From Kudoa neothunni (Eukaryota; Animalia; Cnidaria), in assembly GCA_964304625.1 (NCBI GenBank), contig OZ199838.1, forward strand, positions 7,675,466 to 7,739,465: a stretch of 64,000 bases of DNA, in the 5' to 3' direction. Positions 12,058-24,597 of this stretch are shown here, in pieces. Numbering within the stretch: the first letter of the stretch is position 1; each line of letters starts with the position of its first letter. A model generated the notes under the pieces. The model was not told the origin of the DNA and ran no database searches. It worked only from the letters and a program-made list of their open reading frames with translations. The translations under genes and the position numbers were made by a program.

Positions 12058-14185
12058 CAGTGGGTGACGGGTATTTGGCACCTTTAGAATATCTAACGAA
12101 ATAAAATAACGTCGAAAATAATAACTATAAAAAAGATTGTAAATACATTTTAAAACTTATATTATTCAATTTAAAGAAATTTTCAAACTAAATTTAAAAA
12201 TATAAATATGTTTTCAAGCGTTGATGGGTATTTGGCACTCTTTTCGCCCGGGTTAAATATTAAATCACGTGCAACACTTCAGTTTTGTAAAACATGGCTG
12301 ATAAAAAGTGTATAAAGTGGTATTCTATTAGGGAGAAACATGATATCATCAGATTTTTTGAAAAGCAACCACCTAGAAATGGTAAAAGTCAAATTGTGAA
12401 GCATTTTAAACTTGCTTCAATATCGACCCTAAATGGAATTTTTAGCAAAAAAATCACAAATTATCGATTTTTATGAGAGTGGCTTAGTTAAAAAAAGTAG
12501 AAAAACTCTAAAAAAGGGAGATAATGATGAAACCGACAATCACGTATACGAATGGTTCACTTGGATGCGACAAAATAAATTGGAGCTTTCATCGCAACAG
12601 ATTATCGACCATCGTTATGAAATCAGCAAGGAATTCTGTAAAGATTCGAAATGTGTCGGTTATGGATGGTGTTATGTTTCTTAAGTGCGCTCACCCAACT
12701 ACAGAATAACACACGCGCCCGACTGGGTCCAATAAACTAATAATACTATGGGGTTTTTTAGCGTGGCGGATAGGCCGCCAATAATACGCAGTTATGGCTA
12801 ATCCTTAACAGATGGTTTCGCGGATTTAAAGATAGATTTAATCTCAGAAGATTTAACTTTGATGGAGATTCTAGTACCGCGAGCGACGATGTTGTGCCTG
12901 ACTGGAAATCTCAATTAGAATCTATAATGGAGAATTACGAAAAAAATAAAATCTTTAACTTGGATGAAATTGGTTTATTCTACCAACCACATCCGAGTAA
13001 AAGCTTGAAATTTTTTGTTTCTGTATATTGATACCGTTTAGTTTATACTAAGTTAATTAATATTGAGATGAATGTTTATCATTCATTATTAACTCATTTT
13101 TAATGTTAATATTTCAACTTTTAATGTTTAATTCCGCGATAAGTCGATTTTTTAGATTTCTAGAAGGAATGACATTTTATAGATTCTATTTAGGAAGAAG
13201 TCATATTTCGTCTAACGAGTCAAATTCCAAATGCACCAAACGGTCAAAAAAACGAATAACGCCATTACTTGGGGCCTCCTTAATGGGAGAAAAGCTTGAG
13301 CCAATAGTCGTGGGTAATCATAGTCAACCACGATGTTTTAAAAATTTAAAAAGAAAATCGATCCCTTATTACCCAAATAAAAATGCCTGGATGACCACTG
13401 AAATATTTACTCAATATTTAATCCAAAAAAATCAAATATTCAAAAACAAAAATTTGAAAGTTTTATGTTTGGTGGACAATGCAAACTGTTACCCTTCATT
13501 AAGTCTTTCCAACATTACGTTAATGTTTTTCCCAAAAAACACAACCTCTGTACTCCAACCGATGGATCAGGGTGTAATCAATTCAAGTCGATTTATAAGA
13601 AAAATTTGATTGAAAAATATACATTTCACGTCAAAAATAACTTAGATATAAAGTCTATTGATATTTTTGGATGCCTTGGTATTGATAAAGAAATCTTGGG
13701 AAAATGTCAGGCCGCAGACAATATCAAATTGTTTTCGAATGGCTGGCTTTATTTTCGAGAATAATAATACTGAAATTCCCCCTGTTCCATCCGAAGAATT
13801 AATCAATGTTGACCATACTTGCAATGAGTTAATGTAAAAATAGTCATTTGATGAAGAAGACGAAATTGAAAATATACCACATGATTCAACAGAGGCATCA
13901 AAATGTTTTGAATACCTATAAGGCTATTTTAAACTATGCGGTTCTGATGTTTGGGGTTCACTTTATCGACTTGAAATGGAACTTTATAAGACATCGGAAA
14001 AAGTACGATTCAAACAAAGATATTAGATTAATTTAGTGATTCTAAGCATATTTTGAATTATTAATAAACACTTGTTTTAATAATGGATGTGAGCGCGTCG
14101 TTAGGTGCCAAGTAGCCAACACTGCGGGTTATTTGACACTTTCCCCTCGGTCCCGTAGGGATTACATAAAACCCATCACCCACTG
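12058..14185 (+). mobile_element. pogo/Tigger transposon, full length, decayed
   Basis: TA TSD. TIR CAGTGGGTGA(C/T)GGGT. HTH at 12294, NLDEIGLFY, NAWMT, VDNANCYP..PKNTTSVLQPMDQGVI. Confidence 0.93.
12670..12810. mobile_element. 141-bp solo LTR inserted in the Tigger transposase
   Basis: TGTTA...TAACA termini and GATGG 5-bp TSD (12665-69, 12811-15). Removal restores GYGWFRGFKDRF. Internal AATAAA. Confidence 0.85.
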
Positions 14186-14690
14186 TAATATATTGAAAAA
14201 CTCGTATAAAGAAATATTTAATCGATCGAATTCCATTAATTGTTAACAATGAACCATTCGACAATTTAACTGTTTTAATGGATAACTTTTGAACTTCCAT
14301 TATGTTACATGAATTTTTATCTAAATAATATAAATTTTCACCTAGTAATTTCAAAAATAATAATGAAAAAATATCAGGAAACACATACTAATATATGACA
14401 TAAACAGTGTATATAAGCTAATATTCGGCAAAAATCTATTTTCGTATAACCTTAACTTTATGTTTATTAACAAACAGTTATTGTTTATTTCTTCAAAAAA
14501 TATTACATTTTGTAAGCTCAAAAATTCGTATTAATGTTGAAACAGACTTTTAAAGATTCGATTCTCGAAAGAATATATGTCAATATCGTTTTGAATGAAA
14601 GCATGGCATAAAAATATGGCAGTGGCTATTGCTACGGGAGGGAATAACTCCAAATCTACAAACTCATATAAACGTTGCAATTTATATTTG

Positions 14691-14985
14691 GGTAATGGTA
14701 AAGTATGTGACTCCAGAAAAACACCATCTTGCGCACGTTTTTTCTTTTACGATTATCAATAATAAATCAAAAGAATACCGAGTGCAAATATTGAGCTAAA
14801 ATTAATTACTTCTAAATTTTTTCCTAATTCCTATTCGACAACAGTCGGATACATGTGTAATCTCCATCTTTTTTTCAATAAACATTGAATTGATCTCTAA
14901 TTTGTTTTGATAATCATTCATAAGTTGGTTTGATTTTATATTTTTTACAATATAAACACAAATTTTAAGATATCAAATTTAATTA
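14691..14985 (+). mobile_element. Left arm of the GGTAATGG long-TIR non-autonomous element (second copy at 30981)
   Basis: Closely similar to 30981-31260. 9-bp TSD TTATATTTG at 14682-90 and 16820-28. Confidence 0.8.
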
Positions 14986-16816
14986 CAGTAAGGTCTCGAT
15001 ATTGCGTGGCTCGATATAACGTGGTTTTCAATTTGTAGTCTTTATTTAATTCACACTGTACAATTAATTGGCTGAAATGTTGTTATATGGTTAATAGAAT
15101 ATGTTTTAATATTTATATATATTTTTTTATGTAAGATCTATGAAAATCGAGGGTCTTGCTACTGCGTGGCTCTTTTTCCATAAAATAATCCGATTAATCC
15201 GCCTTTTGTACCGTTACAGAAGTTGAAATGGTTAGGTGTCAGAGAAGCATTAAGGATAAACGAGAAATAATATTGTATTATAAATCATTAGGATCGATTC
15301 CTAGGGCCAAAGCTTTAACAACAAAGAAATTTAACCTGCCTAGTAAGCATCAATTTCTAATCATTATTAAATAAACATAGGCTATTCTTCGTTGGATAGA
15401 ATGTTGTCTAAGGAAAGCGAAATCATCGATTCAAATTTTTCTGATAGCCGTATTAGAATAAAAAACGGGAATTGTGATGAGCTTGAAAGTCTACTATTCA
15501 ACTGGCTTGTTCTCCAATGAGAAAAGAAGAATATTCCGGGATTTATTATTTATGAAAAGGCTGGTTCTCTAATTTTAAGACAAGATATTGTTTGACAAAT
15601 ATCAGATTACATAGAGAGGCTGGAAGTGCTGATGTAAGTGCGATCCCTGAATGGATTAACAATAATTCAAATATTCTTGGTAAGTATAAACGGGAAGATA
15701 TTATAAATATGGATGAAGCCGCCCCTTTTTTTTAAGAACAATTACCTCAGCGAATTTATGTCACCAAGCACGAATCTGGTATAAGAGGGACAAAACAGTC
15801 CAAAAAAGAGTAACAATATTGGTTATTGCTTCAAGTACTGGCGAAAAATTTCCACTTTACGTGATTGGAAAATTTAAGAAGCCGCGTTGTTTTAATGGGG
15901 TCAAAAATCTCCCAGTAAACTATAAGTCTCAAAAAAATGGTTGGATGTCCGCGGCTCTATTCTTAGAAATCCTAAAAAATTTTGATAAGTTCAGTCAAGA
16001 AAATAGAAAAGTCCTTATCTTCCTTGATCAATGCCCGCCTCATCCCAATTTAACGAACCACTTTAATAACATTGAATTGGTGTTCCTACCTAAAAACACC
16101 ACCAGTGTCCTCCAGCCAATGGATCTCGGTATCATTCATAGTTTGAAGGCAGACTACCGCAAATCGTTGACCAGAAAGTTTCTGTCTGACGAGGATATTT
16201 CAACACCCTTCAAATACACGATTATGGATTGTTTTCATATGTTAAATGAAGCATGAGACATGGTAGAGAGAAAAACCATTGAAAACTATTTCAAGAAATC
16301 TCAGATATTTAGGATTCGTAGGATTAACTAATAAATTAATATTAATATAAAATAAAGAGGATACTAACGCAGACGTCGATTCCGCATCTGAAACAATAAT
16401 TGTTGGTAAATATGCATTTCAGGTAAGTTTGTTTCAAACGAATTCCTAGACGACTTTGACGATGTAAGTGAATTGGAGGAAGCTGAAACCGTCCATGAGA
16501 ACGCATCATATCAAATAGATAAGGATATTTCGATTGTTTCAAAATGCGATGAAGATCCGGATTTTGATGAAAATAATGAAATAGTTAGCTCTGCCGAATT
16601 AAAAAATGTAATAAATATTATCAGAAAAGCTTTTATGCGAGAGAATCCTGCTGCTTTAACCTATACTCATCCCATAATGGACGAAATATATAAAATTCTT
16701 AAAAATTAATATTTTTCGTTGTTTTCGCATGCGTCGGTCTCGGTATTGCGTGGGGTCTTGCTATTACGTGGAAAATTCCTATTCCCAAAAAAACACGCAA
16801 TATCGAAACCTTACTG
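14986..16816 (+). mobile_element. pogo/Tigger transposon, full length, decayed
   Basis: TA TSD. TIR CAGTAAGGT(C/T)TCGATATTGCGTG. ORF 15819: GEKFPLYVIGK, LDQCPPHP..LPKNTTSVLQPMDLGII. Confidence 0.93.
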
Positions 16817-19800
16817 TACTTATATTTGTAATCAATGATTTTTGGCCTAACATAATTAACTGTTTTGGAGGAAATTTGAGCTATTGAAATTTCTAATATT
16901 GTGACTATAAATTTCGTGTTTTACGTTTTGTTATGAGTAACGTTAAATAAATATTTTAATTTTTTTACTAATAAAAGCTTCTTTAATTAAAGAATCAAAT
17001 ACCAGACGTGTTTTATGTATAAAACGTCCACCCTATTACCTCTGATTTTACCTAATATGTTTAATCTGGCGCAGCTAATGTAATCAGTTAAAATATGCTT
17101 AACTAGGTTTTTATAAAATGAAATAATTGTATTTGTGATATAAATATATTATATTTATATGTATTATTACATATCTACAAAGTATATTAAGCATTACTGC
17201 TATTCATAGAAAACGATTAGAACATACTATGTAGTGAATTCAGTAAATATATTTAAAGTAATATCTAATTTTATAGTTAAAATTAATACGAAAGCTTTCT
17301 GTGTGCATTTAAATAGCGGTGAGTATAATTATATCTTCTTAAATGTTATTTTTACGAATATAGATAAATTATTTATTTTAATAACATAAAAATTTAAAAA
17401 AAACTTACATTTTACTGTAATGCGTTATCTGAAATTAATGTCCACAATAGATAGAAACACGTTTTGTATTCTTGATTACAGTAACCTGTGTGGGAATCAA
17501 TGTTTTCATTGTAGCGTCACTTGTACGATGGAATCCTCTCCTGGATTGAAAGTTGACTTATATAACTCATTAAAAAGTCATATTAATCGTTATGAACATC
17601 TTTTTTCCTACAAATTAAAAATGAGAGAATAGCCAAAAATACAAAATTCCCAATATAAAATTCTAAAATATTTTAATGAAGCTTTAATTTACTACAAATT
17701 AACGTTTGTATTCTTTTCGACTCTCCATAAAAAGAAAGCTTAAAGGTAACTGCCCCTCTAGCATTACTTTTTGAGTTAGTAACGATATGGAAAATTTTTC
17801 ATAATCATATTTTTAAATGAGATACACAATTGTCTTTGTAATGCTTCGATATACAAATTTCTACCTCAACAACAAAAAGTCTATTTCTCAGATAATCACC
17901 TTTTTGAATTTATATCATTTGGATCTAATAAAAATCGTATACAAAAAATGTTATGCTATGAAACGAGTAAAAAAATCACAGTGAAATCCTTACACAATGT
18001 GAAAACAAGAGGAAAAACCAACATGGATGTATTTACGACTATCAATATGCCAACTCACAATTTTAATTGTGATGTTGAAAATAAAAAGAAGACAATAATG
18101 TTGTAACTTGACTATTTTTGGTTGATTACCTAATGAGATAAACTCCTCAATTTTGTTGAAAATTTTGTGCTAACGAAAGCAATACATAAACTTTCGAACT
18201 CGCGGTGATTGTAAATTCAAATATTTTAGATAAATTCCATAATTGGTATTCTTATTAGTGACCCCTGTATTTAATTGTTGCTAACGATTCTATTTGAGAA
18301 TTTCGCATAATTTATGCATGCTTTTTATGAAAAAATTCATGCAAGCATAGATGGCTTCTTGACATAAATTTTAAAATTTTTCCCTACTTTAAATGAAAAA
18401 TTATGTATCGTTGTTACGGTTGAGAACATAAAGTAAGGGAATTTTTGAGAACCGTTTCTTCAAATACCTATTTTTTACCTGTAAACTTTGTGTAAGACAA
18501 ATATTTCAAAGGAACTTAGCACAAAATAATGCGAAATAACAACTGATACTCTAAACAAAATCACTAAAATGTTACCAAATATTAGTTAGGGCTATCATTT
18601 CCACTGCAAATGAAAGCAATCGGATGACCTAAAGAACGTAGACTAACTGTCATCTTTTTCTAGAATAAAAACCGATGATAAAATAATAACTTTTTATTAA
18701 AAAAGAGATTTATTTGAGCATAAAAATTGTATAATTATCAGTCTAATACAATATTTCTAACTTACGTGTTAAAGAATTTTCGTAACATAATAATTTACTT
18801 CCTAACTGGTTTAAATTTTCAAATTAAATAAATACGCCGCCCATCTAAGTGAGCGGTTGCCACTAAATTAAAAACGTTTCTTGGAGCACGCTCACATTAA
18901 AAGAAGGCAAAATTATTTATTTCATTTGAGTATTATCCTTATTAACTGATTTTACGCAACCAATTTTGCATATTGATTTTATTAAACGTTAAAAAGATGA
19001 ACTAAAGCTATTTTTTAATCCAAAACTCCTTACAATAATGTTGTATTTTTCAATAGCTCAAATTTTCTCCAAAACAGTTAAATATATTAGGCCAAAAATC
19101 ATTGATTACAAATATAAATCTCAAATTTTATATGACTTTGTAGATTTGGAGTTATTCCCTCCCGTAGCAACAGCCAGTGCCTAAAAATATCTTTAACTAA
19201 AAATTTATATAAAACGAAACAAAGAATTTTGTATTATTATTTGTATTATTAAGTTAATAATATTTTGAAATATAGGAGAAGTTTGATTAAAAAAGTGGCG
19301 CACAGAGAAACACGGTTAAAAACGCCGATTTACGAAATGAACGGAGCATAGTATTTTTGAGCACCATTTTTGACTAACATAAGTGATATTTAATTTATTT
19401 AATAACATAATTTACATCTTATTCGATGAAATAATTGACATTGTTAATAATTTAGTATCTTTAATGTTTTCTATAATTTTTCTTAAATGAAATGTAAGGA
19501 TGATGGAAAATACAAATTAATACCTTGTTTATCAATAATGTTAAAATAAAATTAATGTTAAAATAGATTTTGTACATGTATTGTTTATTTATTTCCTAAA
19601 ATGTCCTTGTTTTCGATTTTGATATCGACATGTTTTGACGAATACCGGGTTCTGATCAAAACATAAGATCGGTAACGGAATAACACTAATAATCATATAA
19701 TTCTTTCTTTTGTGATTGAGAAGAAATAAGATCTCTCAAACTTTTAATATCTGTAGTTTTACGTGTTTATACTGTCATTCATTTCGATTAAGGTATAAAA

Positions 19801-19945
19801 TTAATGAAAGCATTTTTTTCGTAATTATCTCATATTTTTCAGTTATATTCCCCTTTTAATGTTAAGAGAACCCTTAAAGATAAAATTTTTTCTCAAATTA
19901 TGCTTGGGCATGGACTCCATTATATAGGCATTAAAATCACTTATA

Positions 19946-20132
19946 CAGTCGAGATTGGATATTGCGTGATTCGGTATCGCGTAATTTAAGATTTTCGATA
20001 TGAAGATATTTACATTGGGACTTAATTTTAGAGTTATATCATTATTTTATCAATTAAATTAATAATATAGAATAAAAATAAAAAAATATTTTTCCTTGGT
20101 TCCAAAAATTACGCAATATCGAATCTCGACTG
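19946..20132. mobile_element. Tigger-type MITE (187 bp)
   Basis: TA TSD. TIR CAGTCGAGATT(G/C)GATATTGCGT. No coding capacity. Confidence 0.9.
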
Positions 20133-20159
20133 TATTAATCAAATCTAGGGATTAATTAT

Positions 20160-23100
20160 GGCACTGGCTATTCTTACGACAATGAATATCTTTTTTCTTA
20201 CTAAAGATATTTTAAATATGAATTTAAAAACATTTTATTACATTTTTTTCCCACAAAAATTTAAGTTTTTATAAATTATTATTATTATTGCGATAAAACT
20301 AATACATATATTTTGGCCTTATTTCGCCATTACAAGTACTAAAAATGATTAAAACCAGATCTTCATTAACATTCACGACATTTTAAAGCATTTTTGAACC
20401 GAAAAATCATGAAAATTGTGCTAATGTAACTTCATTTGCAATGGAGCCCATCAGCCCACGTGTCAATGTTAAGACCGCATTCGATTATTGTGTCACGAAC
20501 TACATCACATTTTAATTACATTTAGATCCAAAATGCAATTTTAAAAGCTTATTTTTAAAATTAATAATCTAATTTGTTCTATTTGTTTATAACATACTTC
20601 ATGTATCTTGGTGAGTATAGCGACATAACTGCCTATTATTTCGTTCAAAATGTTATATATTTTTCAGGTTAAGTATCTGGAAAGATATTGAGGTTAATTG
20701 TATTTCATAATAATTACATTCAATCAATTTTATTAATATTTTTGTCTTAAAAATTAGATAAAATGATTATTTCCTACACCACATAATTATACGGCATAAT
20801 TTTAACAAAAAGATAAAACCTGCTAATATTAATTATCTTAAAAAATATAATATTTACTAGTAATTCATTACACATATTAACAATTTGTTTACGAGTCTGT
20901 TAATATCCCCAGACATGTTAAAGTAAAAACGTTACGTTGCGCAGTACTATGGAAATCATGGATTGTGAACAGTCTGCTGACTTCTTTATTGGAATGAAAT
21001 TTGATTCGTATGAAAAGTTACAAATTAAAGTGAAAGAATACGAAGAAAAACATTTTTGCAATTTAAAAATTAGACATTCGAGAAAAATTTCAAATGCACA
21101 ACGAAGAGTAAACAGATCCATAAATTCTCAGTTGGTTTATTATGACATTAATTACGTGTGTTTCTTTGGTGTTCCTTACAAACGCAAAAGCAGTGGAGAT
21201 AGAAACAAATTATCATTTTAGAAGGAATTCCCATTTAGTATCTCGCTCCGGAGCACTGCGGACGGTAACTTTTTGGAGGTGAAATCGCTAAATTTAATCC
21301 ATAACCATTCCTGCGATCAAAGAATGTTCGAAAACCTTCCTCCACAAAGAATTAACCTGGATGATCCAATGATATCGGAGTTAATATCATTAAGAGCAAA
21401 TAAAAGGTTAATTCAATGTAAGTTAAGCGAAGAAACCGGAGAAAAAATTACATTAAAATCTATCCATAATGTAAAGACTGTTTCTACCGTCGAACCGAAA
21501 AATATTGATTCCGTTATTACAATATTGAAAAATGATTATAATTTCTGAATTAAAATTCTTGCTAGTGAAAATTCTGTCAATGGAATTTTCTTCGTGGATA
21601 ACGAAATGCTCCATGTTCTTGAATGTTTTCCTGAGCTATTATTCATAGATGCCACTTAAAGCTGTTGGATTCAAGGTACGAAACCCTATTTTATAACAAA
21701 TGACGATTGTATTTGTAGAGCTCCTCTTTATTTAACTGCATCTCAAGACTCTTTTGGTTTAACCCATATCACTAGTGCCTGTATTTTATATGAGGAGACA
21801 GCAGAAGCCATAACATGGTTTCTGAACGAATTGTTAGATGCTGCACCGTGGTTACAATCCAAAACGATGTCAATAATAACTGACGAAGACCATTTGTTAC
21901 GAAAATGTTTAAGTTTCGTATTTCCTTCCACAAAGTTGATACTATGTAAATTCCATGTATTACAAGCGTTCCAGCGGGAAATAAAAGTCGGAAAGTATGG
22001 TATAACAACAGAAACAAAAACACTTATTCTTCAAATATTAGAAAAAATGACTTATGTCTAGAACATGGACAATTTTGACCGCCTATGTTGTGAACTTTTT
22101 GACCTCGGAGTTGAGGAACTTAATGATTATTTCAAAAAGAATTGACTACCCATTTACCAGGAATGGATAATTGGATTAAGTATGGCTGAGCATTACTATA
22201 ATAATACAACGAATAACAGAATTGAATCCATTAATGCAAAACTAAAAACTGTAGTGAAAAAGTTTTCAACTTTGAGTGATTTTTTCGACAATTTCTTACG
22301 ATTTTTGAAATCGCAAAGGATTGAGCGGCAAAGCACCATTGCTATGGAACTAACAAAACCATACGATTCTTCCAACGATAATGAGACTTTCAAAAAATAT
22401 CATAATTATCTTACGCCCTATTCTTCAAGTATGATCCAGGAAGAATTATCAAAAATAAAGGAAGCCATTTTAGAAGAAAATTCCAGTTATAACTCCTGTA
22501 ATTGTTCAATGCATAAATCATTCAAGCTTCCTTGTCGTCATATTCTACAAAAACGTGCACTCAACTTAATCAACTTGTTTGATGAATCATTGTGCCATTC
22601 TCGTTGGATTAGGGAGCATGCGAATAATTTCTTAAATGTTCTAAATGTTAATAATTTTAAAGATTTTCATGATGAGGGAGTTGTAAAAATCAAACCTAAA
22701 GACACTATCCAAACCTTTTCTCAAAGATTAAGACTGTCTTCAGTGCTTACAAAAAAGTTGGCGACTACATCTGCAGAGTTTTGCGGAGATTATTTTCAAG
22801 CTTCCATTGAAGTTTTTAGAAGACTTGAATGTGTCATTAAAAATCATGATACGAAAATGATGTCTACTATAAATGAACTAAGTTATTTACTATTTGTTGC
22901 AAATGTGTAAAGTATATTAGTGAAAATAAATTTGAGAGAAGATAACGCTTTCATTGAAATCATATCCTCCAATCCTGAGAGTGAATTGTCTTACACAAGT
23001 ATTTAGTAAATGAAAATATTTTATTAATATAATTTAAACTAAGATGATGAATATACGGATGAAAAATACGGTAAACTAACCATAGTACTAACTGATGGTA

Positions 23101-23849
23101 ATGTATTTAGCTGAAAGCTTTGCTAGTAAAAGTATGAATCAGGAAAAAACTAATGATACATATAAAAGTAACTAATTTTTTATTAATTATAAAAAATTTT
23201 TAGATATACCCATTCCATCCAAAGTCAAGTCTGTCGGAAGGCCCAGGGGTAGCAGATTAACTACTATTGGACTTCCGAAGAAAAAACAAAAATAAAATTT
23301 CAATAGATAGTTGATAATAAAAGTTAATTAATTATGACATTTCCCAAATATTGGTTGCTAATTATGTATTTCGATTTATATTTTAATGTTAAATAACTTG
23401 AATTATGAAGTGATGACGTATGATTGTTTGAGTTCCGTCTATTTGGCTTGAAAAAATTTCTAAATTTGATTAATATTAGTTTTATTTTTCTGTAAATATC
23501 TTATAAAATGATACCATTTCAAACAATTAATCCGTACCAAACCGTAACATTGACACGTGGGCTAATGGTCTCCATTGCAAATGATGTTATATTAGCACAA
23601 TTTTCGTGATTTTTCGATTCAAAAATGCTTTAAATGTCGTAAATGTTAATGAAGATCTGGTTTTAATCATTTTTAGTACTTGTAATGGCGAAATAAGGTC
23701 AAAATGTATGTATTAATTTTATTGCAATAATAATTTATAAAAACTTAAATTGTTGTAGGAAAAAAATGTAGTAAAATGTTTTTAAATTCATATTTAAAAT
23801 ATCTTTAGTAAGAAAAAAGATATTCGTTGTCGTAAGAATAGCCACTTCC
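20160..23849 (+). mobile_element. Mutator/MULE element with SWIM-finger transposase pseudogene (~20949-23295)
   Basis: ~310-bp TIRs and 9-bp TSD ATTAATTAT. HNH, FIDAT, IITDED, CKFH, TNNRIESIN, SWIM CNC..LPCRH, C-terminal GRPRG. Several in-frame stops. Confidence 0.95.
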
Positions 23850-24597
23850 ATTAATTATTGGTGTAAATAGTTTTATTATATGAATATTTAACATTTATCG
23901 CAAAGGTAAAATAAATTAATCAAAAAAGAGGGAGCATCTGCTAATTCTAAATCACAAAATAATGTTGAAATCAACTCATATTATTATTGTATTAACACTA
24001 GAATTCAAGAGACTAAAATTGCAGTAACAAAATTAAATCAATTTTTGTAGTGAATCTCAAGGTAGACAGTGCATAAATCCATTTTATTTACTCAGAATTT
24101 TTCTACGAGATTTATCTAAATAGATCGACATCAAACTAATTCATTAAATGAAAGCGATGCTTAAATAGTTGGTGGTGCTTTCATTATTTGTTTGTACTAA
24201 TAAGAGACCTAAGGAGGTTTTTAATTTGAACAAAATTTACGACGTTAGCTTACTACAACCTTTAAACAATATATAAAAACGAGTAATACACATTCAATGT
24301 ATTGATTCTGCAGTTGCAGAAGTCTAATTGGAGATCTAATAAATCCATCAACCTCTGACTTAATTTCATAATCCCTCAGTAAATATTAAGATTAAAGGAT
24401 TAAACTGGGTGGCAACTATATAAAATAAACTCAATTTTAATGCAATTATTCAGCTATTTTCTAATCGAACGAAATAATCATGTAATTTATATTGAATTTG
24501 CACAAAAATTTATTCAAAAAAACAAAACGTTTTCCAAATGTCAGGTGACCTCGTTGCGCGCTTAGTGCTCTTAGGTCGTTGTTTAAGTTTGTTACTC

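Larger units (their letters stand above)
14618..19181 (+). mobile_element. Mutator/MULE element, heavily decayed, with nested insertions in its left TIR
   Basis: TIR GGCA(G/C)TGGCT(A/G)TTGCTACGGGAGGGAATAACTCC... of ~130 bp once the inserts are removed. 9-bp TSD TAAAAATAT. Residual coding (KITVKSLHNVKT near 17970) matches the 20160 element. Confidence 0.9.
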
